A stretch of 63,077 bases of DNA, the filler included, from Octopus bimaculoides (Eukaryota): NCBI RefSeq assembly GCF_001194135.2. It is 5 parts of 5 records of this genome, joined end to end, with 100 filler letters (N's around TTAATTAATTAA, not from the genome) between each part and the next. Parts side by side here need not be neighbours in the genome. Positions count along the whole stretch, not along the records: positions 41,558 to 60,315 come from NC_068998.1; 4 more parts are not named here. The stretch is one strand, 5' to 3'. The position numbers and the translations under genes are program-made. The notes below the pieces were generated by a model. The model had not been told where the DNA came from. It did not search any database and saw only the letters and a list, made by a program, of their open reading frames with translations. Numbering within the stretch: position 1 is the stretch's first letter; the number at the start of each line of letters is the position of its first letter. This document shows, piece by piece, positions 42,950-55,936 of this stretch.

Positions 42950-43980
42950 TTTCATTCCAGTTTCCTATTCAGGCTAGGTTTATCTTCTATTATGTGTGTA
43001 GCTTTTGTAATTTGTCTAAGCGCTGCATCTGTACTGTGTGGACAAGATTTTAATTTCTATGTTGTTGAGTGAGTCTCCGTGTTCCTGCTCAGCGTACTGG
43101 TACAGAACTGATGAGTTTTTCTCTTCCTTAAGTTCCCTCCAAAGTCCATTTACACGCTCTCCTATGCTCCGTGCCGTTTCCCCTGTGTACGTCGTTGTCT
43201 TGTTACTGCATCGTCCCTCTGTACATCTTATACTATAGACCACATTTCTGGCTTTACAGTTTGTTTGTGGGCTAAATCTACATACAGTACAGTTCCTATC
43301 AGTGCAGGGAGTTCTACTAAAAGGGTAGGTTCTACCGATAAGGGATTTGATAGGGTTGCCTGACCTTTCAACAACCTTAATTCTTAGCTTAAGTTTGTCT
43401 AGGGCCCTTCTAAAGCGGTACGCCAGTTCGCCTCCAGGGGTGGTGTCGACGAACATGACGCTCTGGTATTTGTGGCTATCATACCATGAGTTGGCCTTCC
43501 CTCTTTTTCTTCTTAATCTTTTCAATGGTGTTCCATGACTTGCTCCTATAAAGTGGGCAAACCCCATTCCTATCGTAACGATTGATAGTTTCAAATTTCC
43601 TCATAGCTCCTTTGTATATTCTGAACCATTTTTTATGGCTGTAACCTGAGAACTGCATGCGGTGAACGAAATGTTGTATATGTCTCTTTAACTCTGTAGG
43701 GTTGCACACGCGAGACACATTTTGCATTACTCTGACGAGGTCTGCCATCAATATATTGATTTTGGCACTGTCCGCGATAGCTGAGTTCCGGTGGATAAGG
43801 TATTTGGAGGCCATAGTTTTGGCATAGTGTGAATGAAGGATTCGGGTTTTATTATTCTCAGTTTCCAGCCAAAGTTCTGTATCTAGTACTGGTAGTCTAT
43901 GGTTAGGGTGTTTAGTAGGGTAGTCTATCGTGACCTTAATACTCTGGTGGATGATGTTAGCTATTTGCTAACGGCCATAG
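42950..43980 (-). mobile_element. Penelope-like element: RT end, thumb and GIY-YIG (Neptune/Naiad-like)
   Basis: TIDYPTKHPNHRLPVLD, HYAKTMASKYLIH, Cys linker PCTDRNCTVC, VVYSIRC..C..TYTGETARSIGER; about 2 frameshifts. Confidence 0.88.
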
Positions 43981-43984
43981 TCAT

Positions 43985-44447
43985 CATGGACTTGCCGCAT
44001 CAGCGCAACATCAGAACCATACCGTGCCCGACTCTCAGCCCGGATTTGAACCCAATCAAACACCTGTGGAATGAAATCCAGAGACGGCTAAATCAGGTGG
44101 TACCAAGGCCGACAACTCGTATGGAACTTGAGACAGCTTTCGTCAGAGTGTGGGCATAGGTGCCAATGGCTTTTGTGAACCGCCTTATCCACTCCATGTA
44201 CTGACGGTGTATGGCCGTTTTGAATAGCCAGGGAGGGCATACATGGTATTGAACATTTCATGCCCTACAATCTCGATGTGCTGGATCCGCCCACTAACAG
44301 AACGCATGACAGCGACCCATTACTGTGGTTAAAATGCATCCAAGAAATTGACTTTATCAGATTTATCAAAATTTATCTCTGACATAATGAAATTAAAACA
44401 TATTTCACAGTCACACACGTCTCGCGTTTCTTTTGCGGTTCAGTGTA
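43985..44447 (+). mobile_element. Tc1-like transposon 3' end
   Basis: SPDLNPIKHLW...GGHTWY* and right TIR ending ttttgcggttcagtg followed by TA (44446-44447). Confidence 0.92.
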
Positions 44448-44804
44448 TATATCAGTTTCTTTTGCAAAGTGTCTTGAATGCGAATGTAACTATAAAAGAT
44501 AGCTCATAATGCATTAGGTTAAGGGAAAAAGTCTTGAACGAAGAAAAGATGGACAGCCGCTCCCGAGACTCGAACTGCGTATTTATTGTAACGGACGGTC
44601 GCAGCACCATTATATCAAAGTAACTCTCCGACTTTCTGCAGCCCAAATTCTAATCTTAGCTGGAAAAGAAGTTTGTTTACCATATTCTGCCCAAGAGGTT
44701 TTCTTTTAACCCAATGTACAATAGGCAATAATCTATAGCAACATTCACATACAAGACTCTTCGTAAAAGAGACTTATTTTTATATCTCTTCTGCAAAAGT
44801 TACA

Positions 44805-44843
<39 letters not shown>

Positions 44844-45939
44844 TATCTGCATGGATATGTCTATGCATATAAGTAAATTTCCATTTCCGACGCTGACTCC
44901 TCCCGCCCCAACTTTTTGGTTTCGAAGTTATTACGTAGTAAGTAAGACGCAAATTGGACTAGAAATGAAAACGACAAAGCACACCAGTATTTCCGCATAT
45001 TTTATTTTTTAAAATCAATTTCTCATTTTCATCATTTACGTCTTTCCTTTAGCCTAAATAAACTATTTGAAAAAATCTGTTTCTGAAAACCTGATATTCT
45101 TACATTCTTCTGCAGTGTCTAATACATTGTAGATATAACTGAGTGCGAATTCGTATGAGTGTGCATATAGCTGAATCACCTGCACCCCTTGGTTTATAAA
45201 CTTTGTGCAACTTTGGTATAAACTTGGTAGAAATCATCCTACTCTGTGTGCACACATTCACGTACATACAATCGCTTGTATGTATTCAAGTTAAGAATTA
45301 AAATGGATAGAACGAATCTAGTCGTCTCTGACAGCGGGCTATGGATTTAAAAATTCTGGGACATACCCTCGCAATATGCAACAATTCGGTGAAAATTCAG
45401 TCTTTGATTACAAATTTTGTCTTTGATTTGGAAATCGAGAAGCAAAATAACTTGAACGCTCTGACTTCAATGTCGTTGGGGTGTTAAAGTCTCTCAATTT
45501 GTGACAAACTACGTCATTATTCAAAGATCACTATTATTATAAAAGCGCAAACAAAATAATGAAAAATAATTATTATTCAATGCTGCCAAATAATTGACCA
45601 TGTATAAGAGAGATACAGTTTTCGTGTATTCTCATAAAAAAACGATACTTTCGTCTTGTTATAGTGATAAATTAGATGCGTTACACAAAAATTCTAGTGT
45701 TTAGAAAAGTCGTCTTATTGATTTCACATTTTTTGTACACGTAATAAAAACGGGTTTGTAATCAGTCGACTATGCTAGTAACTTTCGTCGGGAGTAGTTG
45801 TGATAATCGTTTTGTTCAGCATTTTAGAAGTTTAAATTTTCTAATCGCCAGAAACCTTGCGAGAAATGCTTACAAGATTATCTGCATGTCTTTATAAAAG
45901 TGGGTGGATGCTAGAAAGTATGTGCGTTTGTATGTAGGT

Positions 45940-46250
45940 ACGTATGGAGGAGACCCCCTTCGGTCATGAATGACCACAGGATTGCATCTAGAAAGTTACC
46001 TTCCGAGGCACAAGTCCAGGCAAAGTTGTTTATGGAAGGCCAACAGTCATCCATGCATATCAGCCTCCCTCTCTCCGGTACAGCTTGGTACCAGTGACGT
46101 CGCAACTCATTTCTACAGCTGAGTTAACTGGAGCAACGTGAAATTAAGTGTCTTGCGCAAGAACACAACACGCAGCCCGGTCCGGGAATAGAACTCACAA
46201 CCTCATGATCGTAAGCTCGACGCTCTAACCAGTGAGTCATGCGCCTTCAC
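45940..46250 (-). mobile_element. tRNA-derived SINE family C
   Basis: rc head gtgaaggcgcatgactcactggttagagcg...gagttctattcccgg; core ttgctccagttaactcagctg. Confidence 0.8.
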
Positions 46251-46329
46251 TAAACGTATACATACATACAGACATAATACATACATACATACTTACATGC
46301 GTGCGTGCTTTTGTGTGTGTGTGTGCGTG

Positions 46330-46378
<49 letters not shown>

Positions 46379-47104
46379 TTGTTTGTGTGTGTGTGTGTTT
46401 TAGTGAGAGGCAATTCTATATTGCTGTTTTGGTTACTAAACCATGAAAATTTATCTTTACTCTTTGAGATGACAGAAAATACTTCTGTGTTAATTTGGCG
46501 GGAATTTGTATAGCTTAGATTACTCGACAGTGTCTGATCCATCTGAGGATTGCAGGGGTTTCATGTAATTTTACTGTTGCAATCACGCTTGTACAGCAGA
46601 TGAAAATCTTTAATAATAATGTTTATTCGTTTTATGATCTTGAGATTTTTAAGAGAATATTTTCCTTCAAAACAGCTTTGGACTGCAATCGTAATAGGTT
46701 TTTTTTTTCAATGTATTTTAAGTTTCAAGCATCTAGATGACTAAAGAACACATCTCTAAAGCTCTTCAGGCATATGATTCTTATTACGCCTAAAAACCGT
46801 TGACATTCTTGTAGATATTAGCAGTTTCGGTAGATGTTTCTAAACAGTAAATGACTTCGTATGAATGTTATATAATCACAATAATGACCTTATCGTATCC
46901 ACTGCTTACTACATGCTACATGATATAAAGGTAGTAACAAATTCAATTATCATAAAACTCAATTTACAAAGAGATTAAATGTGATTATCACCAATTTTTA
47001 ATATTGACTATAAAATTAAAACAAAAAAGTAAGAAGACTTATATAAAATAAAAAAATTAAAGACGAGAACACATTAACTTCTTCTTTGAAGCTTATTTCC
47101 TTCT

Positions 47105-47784
47105 AAGTTAATACAATAGGTCTAAATCAGACCGGACTAAACTGTCCATTTCTGCCTCACCTTTTGTGAACTTCAAGTCATCGATGAATAGTAGGTAGTT
47201 AAGTTTCCCCTCACCATTTCCCAAATCGTACCCCAATTTTGTCTTCTGCAGTATTTCACTCGAGGAGATCATTCCTAGCACAAAGATCAGTGAGGATACA
47301 CTGTACCCCTGGAAGATTCCTCTCCTGATTTTCACTTCTCCTCATACTTGATTTCTTGCTGTCAATTCAGTTCTGCAACATTTCATAGTTCTATATAAGG
47401 CATCTCATATTTTCTGCTACTCCTTACATTTCTGTACCTCTTGTTAACCAAGATGAGATATCAAATTGTATACTTTACGATAATCAATCCAAGCCATGCT
47501 CGCATTTATGTGGTTTCTCTTGCAGTTTCTGATAATTAGTTTATCAATTAACAGCTGATCTTTCTTTCTGCGGCTCCTCTTTCGGCACCCTTTCTGTTCA
47601 ATAAGTAGCAGCCCACTTTTTTTCTAAGTATCCATACAGTTCAGCGTGTCCAAAGTACCTGATAATAGTTTCTACACGTTATTGGTCGAAAAGTTGGATA
47701 AAATATCCTTTTCAGTATCCTAGGCACATAACGTTTTCCTCTTTATCATCATCCAGCTGAGTACTGTGCCTTCCTGCGAACACT
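47105..47784 (-). mobile_element. R4/Dong-like LINE RT fragment
   Basis: EQKGCRK, DQLLID, MAWIDY, RGIFQG, LLFIDDLK motifs, degraded. Confidence 0.88.
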
Positions 47785-47796
47785 TTATTATTATTA

Positions 47797-47861
<65 letters not shown>

Positions 47862-48318
47862 TGATGGAAACTCTCAGCTTATTTTGCTGGATATTATGGA
47901 AAGTGTCAGCTGTCTACAGCCAGCAGACTAAGATGACACTTGTCTACAGGTCATGCTTCAAGATCCCTGCGAAGAATTCTTGCAGTTCCAAGCAATGATG
48001 ATTTTTGTAGGTGTTCTACCTTTACATTTGTACAAATCTTTTTGAGCCATGTTGGTAGCTGAGTGCTGATAATTCCAAGCGCGCCAGTTACTATTGGTAT
48101 CATCTCTTCATTGACCACAACCTTCGTATTTCCCTCTTCAAATCGTCGTAACTGTTCAGTTTTTCTTCTTTCTCTTTGATCCTGTAGTCACTGGGATATG
48201 CTATGTCAGTTATCATGCATGTTCTTTCGCTTATTTTCACCACAACAATGTTCGGTTTCCGATGTCTGGTCAGGTGATCGCACTGAATCATTGCATCCCA
48301 CAGATTTTTGCAATTTTC
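47862..48318 (-). mobile_element. R4/Dong-like LINE, second family: RLE domain and 3' UTR
   Basis: HRKPNIVVV..TCMITDIAYPSD..KEKEEKLNSYDDLKREI...LGTARILRR; (AAT)n tail. Confidence 0.88.
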
Positions 48319-48336
48319 ATTAGTATTATCATTATT

Positions 48337-49987
48337 TCTCTTTATCACAGGTTTTGTTGGAGCTTCTGGAGTCTTGCATACATAGCAGGTTTGCTACCTA
48401 CAGCCTACGGTACCATGATATCCGTTCTTTTCTGCTAATACTTTCCTGGTTATTCTGGCCATGCTAAGAAGACAAACCTTTTGTAACAGTTCTACTGGAC
48501 ACTCTATTCTAATTTCCTTTATATTTTCCTTGATGCCTTCTGATATTGTTCCCAAGGACACAATAATAATTAGCACTATCTTCACCTTCTTCATTTTCCA
48601 TAGCCGGGCTATTTCGTACTTAAGAGGGTTTTATTTATCTATTTTTTATCTTCCTTCTTGACTTTTCGTGGGTGAAAGGGGCATGAAATATCAACAATAT
48701 AGCACATGTGGTGCATCTTGTCCACCACCAGTGTCCTGTCTGTTATGCTCTGGCACCTGATCTGTTTGGATTGGGAAATCCCAGAGGATTTTGCTAGTCT
48801 CCGACTTCGCCACTCTCTTCAGTTTGTGCTCATAACACGTCTTGTCTCTCTCTAGCTCCCACTTTTCGCACAGTTTCCAATGTAGCACTTTCGCTACCTG
48901 ATCGTGTCACCATAACTTGTAGGGGTTTGGGTCAAATCGAGGGCATTCGTTCATGATATGGGTAATGGGTTCATCCACTCTATTGCAGATGTGAAACAAC
49001 GGGGACACTTGCTCCTTCCTAAGGTTGACCCTCCAGTTCGTGGCCAAAGTTTGGTCTTGTGTTGCCAGTATAGTGCTCTCGGTATCTTTTTTTAATGTTC
49101 CCTTTCATCAGCCAATCCCACTTATTTTTTCCAGCAACTTCTGTTGTGGCTGCTTGGAACTGATTGTGTAGTCCCTTCTTGCATAATTCTTCTTCAGTTA
49201 CTTTTTGCACTTCTTCCTTTGTTTTTCCTTTTTTCTCTGCTTTCAATACTCCCCCGTTCCTAACTACCACTAGCAAGATTTCCTTACTTTGGGCTAGATA
49301 TCTCATTAAGCTCTCGAGTTCGATACGCCAGCAGTTTTCCACATTTATCTTCCTCCATTTGCTCTCTTCATGTATAGATGATCAATCTCCGCACGTGGAT
49401 GATTGGAACCATGCATCGGTAGAAGCTTTCTTGACTTCCTGTCCATCTCCTTTAGTTCCTCCTCGGATCATTTCAGGATTCCAGCGCCATACCGAACTAC
49501 TGCAACCGCGCGCGAGTTTACGAGTTTATTGCCAAAAATATGTTTCTGGCATTTAAATTTTAAGCCAATAATTTTCTCACTCGCCGCAGGTACTCTCTTT
49601 TTGTCTTTTCCTTCATGTCATTGTATTTGATTCCATCTGCCTCAAATATTTTCAGGTATTTATAACTGGACTGAGGTTGAATTGCTTCATCATTTCACCA
49701 CGTAACAACCTTATGCCTTCTGTCCTGAAAAGCTTTCCTCGTCCCATCACCATCGTAAGACATTTTGAGAGTCTAAACTTCATCTTAATACCATTGGAGA
49801 AAATCTGCACAAATTGGACCAGGCTGTTCAGTTCTGTCTCAGTTTTTGTGAATAGGTCGGCTATGAATAGCAAGTGGTTTAGTTTTCCCTTACCTCTTCC
49901 CAGATCATAGCCCAACTTTGTTTGCTGTAGTATTTCACTAAAGGGCATCATTCCCAGCACGAAGATCAGTGAGGAAACACTGTCGCC
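48337..49987 (-). mobile_element. R4/Dong-like LINE, 5'-truncated (RT end, CCHC, RLE, 3' UTR)
   Basis: GDSVSSLIFVLGM, LNHLLFIADL, (C)xxC..THIMNEC knuckle, HDQVAKVLHW, ILWDFPIQTD, LLQKVCLLSMARI. Confidence 0.92.
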
Positions 49988-50431
49988 ACTGACTCATCTC
50001 CTCCCCAAAATGGCTGCCCTTGTGGCAAAATTTGAAACTATTATCATTATTATTATTATTATTATGGCCGTCAGCCTGGCAAGCCTCGCTTGATCTCGTT
50101 CAGTGGATTTTATGAAGAAAAATACATAATACGTTTTATTTGCACCCTTCAAGTTTTATCATCGTGGACAACAGGTTAATTGCTATCGAGTGGTGAGTTT
50201 ATTTTCCTGTTTGGTCCCCCACTTTTGGGGGACAGGTCAATCGATTTTGTTTTTCAGTCATAGTTGTTTGCATTTTCCCTATCCACATGGAGAAAACAAC
50301 AAAACACAGTGACGCTGATATGTGAGAGAGGGGGAGAGAGTGAGGAGCGTCACCAAACGTCAGTAAGAGAGAGTGCGAGAGTGGCAAACGACGGAGCGCT
50401 AGAAAAAAAATACAGAACGACAGCTGTATAT

Positions 50432-50640
50432 TTATTCTTTTTTTTGTCTCAGTCGTTTGACTGCGGCTATGCTGGAGCACTGCCTTTAGTCAGGCAAATC
50501 GACCCCAGGACTTATTCTTTGTAAGCCTAGTACTTATTCTATCGGTCTCTATTGCCGAACCGCTAAGTGACGGGGACTAAACACACCAGCATCGGTTGTC
50601 AAGCGATGTTGGGAGGACAAACAGAGACACACAAACATAT
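50432..50640 (-). mobile_element. SINE family B 3' half
   Basis: Matches 13625-13800 and 30555-30648. Confidence 0.9.
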
Positions 50641-50696
50641 ATATATATAGATATATATAAGAATTTAAGGAATGGAGAAAACGCATGTTATAATTG

Positions 50697-50795
50697 CATA
50701 CTTTATTCCTACATATGTTTCAAAGGATTACAACCTGTGTGATCCATAGGGATCTTTGATATTAAAATTGTAACCTTCTCATCAGGGAAAGCATG
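50697..50795 (-). ncRNA. Type I hammerhead ribozyme in a (TA)n-anchored element
   Basis: CUGAUGA and GAAA cores intact; 11-bp stem II; palindromic stem III ACAUAUGU; GUA triplet; stem I of 4 bp + UAA bulge + 6 bp. Confidence 0.85.
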
Positions 50796-51676
50796 GGAAT
50801 CATCTTAAACGTAAGACATTATGACCGATNNNNNNNNNNNNNNNNNNNNNNNNNNNNNNNNNNNNNNNNNNNNNNNNNNNNNNNNNNNNNNNNNNNNNNN
50901 NNNNNNNNNNNNNNNNNNNNNNNNNNNNNNNNNNNNNNNNNNNNNNNNNNNNNNNNNNNNNNNNNNNNNNNNNNNNNNNNNNNNNNNNNNNNNNNNNNNN
51001 NNNNNNNNNNNNNNNNNNNNNNNNNNNNNNNNNNNNNNNNNNNNNNNNNNNNNNNNNNNNNNNNNNNNNNNNNNNNNNNNNNNNNNNNNNNNNNNNNNNN
51101 NNNNNNNNNNNNNNNNNNNNNNNNNNNNNNNNNNNNNNNNNNNNNNNNNNNNNNNNNNNNNNNNNNNNNNNNNNNNNNNNNNNNNNNNNNNNNNNNNNNN
51201 NNNNNNNNNNNNNNNNNNNNNNNNNNNNNNNNNNNNNNNNNNNNNNNNNNNNNNNNNNNNNNNNNNNNNNNNNNNNNNNNNNNNNNNNNNNNNNNNNNNN
51301 NNNNNNNNNNNNNNNNNNNNNNNNNNNNNNNNNNNNNNNNNNNNNNNNNNNNNNNNNNNNNNNNNNNNNNNNNNNNNNNNNNNNNNNNNNNNNNNNNNNN
51401 NNNNNNNNNNNNNNNNNNNNNNNNNNNNNNNNNNNNNNNNNNNNNNNNNNNNNNNNNNNNNNNNNNNNNNNNNNNNNNNNNNNNNNNNNNNNNNNNNNNN
51501 NNNNNNNNNNNNNNNNNNNNNNNNNNNNNNNNNNNNNNNNNNNNNNNNNNNNNNNNNNNNNNNNNNNNNNNNNNNNNNNNNNNNNNNNNNNNNNNNNNNN
51601 NNNNNNNNNNNNNNNNNNNNNNNNNNNNNNNNNNNNNNNNNNNNNNNNNNNNNNNNNNNNNNNNNNNNNNNNNNNN

Positions 51677-51711
<35 letters not shown>

Positions 51712-51730
51712 GTGTGTGTGTGTATATGTA

Positions 51731-51761
<31 letters not shown>

Positions 51762-51879
51762 GTGTGTGTCTGTGTATGTATCTGTATGTGTGTGTATGTG
51801 TATGTGTATATGTATGTATGTGTATGGATATGTGTGCATGTGTAAGTATGTCTGAGGGGGGTGCATGTATGTTTGTAAG

Positions 51880-51924
<45 letters not shown>

Positions 51925-52093
51925 ATATGTGTGTGTGTACATGTGTACAAATCTACGTATATGTAAGCATGTATAATTGTGTATGTATTTGTATAAAGCC
52001 ATATATATATATATGGGAGAATATACAAATAATAACAACAGACGAGGACAGGTGGTGTAAATAACAAAAGGATATATTATATATATATATATA

Positions 52094-52254
52094 TACGACG
52101 GGCTTCTTTCAGTTTCCGTCTACCAAATCAACTCACAAGACTTTGGTCGGCCCGAGGCTATAGTAGAAGACACTTGTCCACGGTGCCACGAAGTAGAACT
52201 GAACCCAGACCCATGTGGGTGGTAAGCAAGCTACTTACCACACAACCACTTCTG
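52094..52254 (-). mobile_element. SINE family B head
   Basis: Matches the 14162-14250 head and core. Confidence 0.9.
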
Positions 52255-52497
52255 TTGAAAAAAAGAACAAAATATACAGCAGGGCCAATTTTTTCGAGAA
52301 AAATCTCTTAGAAGATCTTCAGGAAAACAACAGCTCCGTTTTCGACAACATTGTTCGAAATAAAAACAGCAATTTCGAAAGTTTAAACGATAAGAGCCCT
52401 TTCGTTAGCAAAGCGATGGACGATGCAAGTACAAGTAACAACACCAGCAACAACAATAACAACAACAGCAACAACAACATCAGCAGCACCATCTGCT

Positions 52498-53813
52498 GTG
52501 GGTCCGCAGCTCGACACCTGGAAAGGCAGGCCCATGCCGACCAACAGCGTTGTGGGGCGCTGGACGGAAGGACCGGTTAAGTTGCTTGGGGTCTGGTTCA
52601 GTCAGACCTCCAGGTGGATAAGAACTGGGGTGAGGTGACATATAGGGTGGCCAGTCTCACCCAGAAATGGGCCGAGAAGAAGCTATCCCTAAAAGTCGGG
52701 CGGAGGTGGCAAATGCGTACATCGCATCTGTTATATACCACCCTCTGACTGTCGTCCCTAGCTCCGATTCGTAGCTGAACGGGCTGGTGCGCTTGCTCTT
52801 CTGCTTCCTGTGGAAGGGACAGGAACCGCTTGTCAGACAGCTGCGTGGAGGACTGGGCATGCCGTGGCTGATAATGCGCAGACATGCACTCTGGCTGCAA
52901 CATCTCCAGTGATACCTTAATGATGAGCATGAGTGGTCGCTGTGTGTTAGACGCACTCTTCCGGGGCTCGTCTCCTTGACAGAGCTGCAGTCCTGGATCA
53001 GGCATAGACCGAGACAGCGCATTTGGCATCTAGAGTGCTTCCAACAGCTCACAGCCCTCAACCAGTTGGACAGTGCAGTCGTTGGAAGTTCCACCTTGGA
53101 GTTCTATAGGTGAATAGTGTAGGACAAGAGCGACGATGTTCTCGGAGAGTTTCTGGGTGCTGAGAGGGATCAACTTGTTGGTCTCTTCCAGAGGACTTTC
53201 GGGCCGGGGCCTATGGATAACTTCCAGAAATCCCTGGCCTGGCAGTGCTACCGGGGGACTCAGCCGGTTCGGGATAAGCTCCACAAGCACGGGTGTGCAG
53301 TCATATAGTCTTGTCTGAGATGCACGCAGAGCGACGAAATGGTTCTGCATGCGAAAGAGGTTGTGTGGTGGACGCAATTGAAAGGGTTGAAGACGGGCAC
53401 CTTCCTCTTCGGCCAAAGCCTCATTGACTTTTTCAGCTTGCACCTGAAAAAGTGGAAAGTGGAGTTGTAGAGGGAGGTGTTGTTACCCAACAAATTTGTT
53501 AAAAGGTGGGTGAATATGACAAGGATGACCCGTGTGAATGAGCCTATTCTAAGTGTGCACCTGTAGGCCGGATGGGATGGAGAGGAGAGGGGTGCCTACC
53601 TGAGGTGCCTTTTGTGTTCGGAGGTCCAAAGTGTGTGTGGTTTTTTGGTCACCTCGGTGGAACTCTCCCTTATTGGGGATTACATTGTTTGTTTAATTTT
53701 ACTTGTTAATTATTATATTTATTTTTTTGCTGTTTACACGCCTTTTAACCCCACTATCTCTGACCTGTATATCATCTCTGTATATTGTGTTCGGCCCTTG
53801 TGGCCAATAAAGA

Positions 53814-53818
<5 letters not shown>
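52498..53818 (+). mobile_element. L1/Tx1-like LINE 3' portion with (ATT)n tail
   Basis: PVKLLGVWF, GGLGMPWL, SLAWQCYRG..PVRDKL and C-x2-C..H (zf-RVT-like); 3' UTR with aataaa; frameshifted. Confidence 0.82.
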
Positions 53819-53858
<40 letters not shown>

Positions 53859-53865
53859 CATTATC

Positions 53866-54035
53866 AAGGCGGTGAGCTGGCAGAATCGTTAGCACGCCGG
53901 GCGAAATGCTTAGCGGTATTTCGTCTGCCGCTCCATTCTGAATTCAAATTCCGCCAAGGTCGACTTTGCTTTTCATCCTTTCGGGGTTGATAAATTAAGT
54001 ACCCCAAATTACTGCCCTTGTGGCAAAACTTGAAA
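53866..54035 (+). mobile_element. SINE family A, internally deleted, directly after the LINE tail
   Basis: aaggcggtgagctggcagaatcg...; followed by (CTT)n(ATT)n. Confidence 0.9.
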
Positions 54036-55744
54036 TTCTTCTTCTTCTTCTTCTTCTTCTTCTTCTTCTTCTTCTTCTTCTTCTTCTTCTTCTATTATTA
54101 TTATTATTATTATTATGTAGCTAACATATGCGCACCCACACATTCACTTAAAGTAACTGAAAATATATTCCATTCAAAACCAATTTCTTCATATTTAAAA
54201 TAATAAGTTCTTTTAAAAAATTAGTCGAGATTGAGATTTTTTCTTTCAGCAAGTCCTTTCCAAAAATAGCCTGAAAATAATTGAAACTATATTTCATTAT
54301 AAAATAACTTTTTATCGCTTAAAAAAGGGAGGAAATTAGACGATGTTATGTTTCGATGAATTACTATGTTGTTTATAAGTATTTCAACGAATGTCTTTCT
54401 ATATATTTGATGTCGACTAATATATTCCTGTTCAGTCTGTCTTGTATGTAATTTGTCACTCGAACGATCGATCTCAACGAATTTGTATTGCCTGCAAGTT
54501 GTCCTTCGATCAATGTGCATTTGACCAATGTGTTTTTGGTTCATGTACCTTATTCCCACTTGAAACACTATATACTGCCTGTTATGGGAAATAATGCAAT
54601 AGACTGAACGTCAAGATTACACGAAGTTTAAATAGAATTAGTGGTTTAAGTCAAAATAGTGGAGCAGATTTATTTTGCTTGCATAGGTTTTGTGACAGTA
54701 CTTGACTTCAGCTTTTCAACCTTAAAAGGAAGCACGTACATAACTAATTCTCAGTAAGGAATCTATGTTCATATGGTACCTGTTATATGTTAGGTGGACT
54801 GCGCTAACAAGTGTTATGTGTCTAAATAAATAGTTCAGTACTGGTGTCAGAGAACTTCTACATTTGTTGTTGATAATTTGCGTTCTACAATTGCAATAAC
54901 AATAAGGCAGAATCACCACAGTAACATCAAGAAATCCAGGGCGATATATGGGAAGAAGAGGTGCGTTAATACGAACAAATATAATGAAGAAAAGTAAACA
55001 GCTGATGTGTAAGTGCAATCTTAATGAGCAGTAATATTTGGTTGAACAGGTGAAGAACAAATTCGTATATTAGGGCGAAACAGAGACTGAGGTGGTTGTG
55101 ACCTAACATTGACCCGTGAATATTGAGTCATATGAAGTGTATATCATTTGGGTGATGTGTGACATTGAATCATGCTTATTTAACTGTATAATATGCATGC
55201 TATCTCAGTGGGGTTATATGGCAATGAAACATTGACAATAAAAAAATCACTGAACTAACTAAAAATTATCACTCGCCGTGAGCACTAAACCATAGTCGAC
55301 GTTCGATTCTCGTTTGAGATTGAGGCAAAACCAATTGCTCCACACTCTTTTTCGAAAATGAGGAATTACTCCTGATATCCTCGTATCTCAGCTAACGCGT
55401 AGCGAAGCAACTAGAAAGATTGCTTGACCATGAGCAAGCATGGTCTCCCTTTGTCGGACACTTATTTCTACAGTTCTTTCTCTTGACGAAGCTTCAGTTC
55501 TAGATCAAGTGAAAACCAAGACGCCGATCAGTGTTCGGCGCTCACAGCCTTCTACTAGTTTGGTGTGGTATTCAATGGAGGACTAGCAGTAGAATAGGAA
55601 AGAGCGATGGTTTCTTTTCAATCTGCTTAACACGTTCTCTCCGAATTTCATTTTTATCCTTTTCTCCTTTTCTAGCTTTGATCACCTGTTTTATTTTCTA
55701 TGTTGTTCTGCAAATAATCAAGTAAGCTGTTTCGTTTCATCTGC

Positions 55745-55936
55745 AAACTCTATTCCACACCAATTAAGCGTTTTTCACGCCGGTCTCTTTTCAAGTACAA
55801 CCGGCTGATATCAGCTTTAAGATGGCTGGTTCTGCATATAGTCAACAACTTTCTAGTTTTTCTGTCAAATTTCTGAATTTCGCCTTTTACCCAATCCACA
55901 ATTTCGGTGCGGTAACGATTCTGCCAGCTCTCCGCC

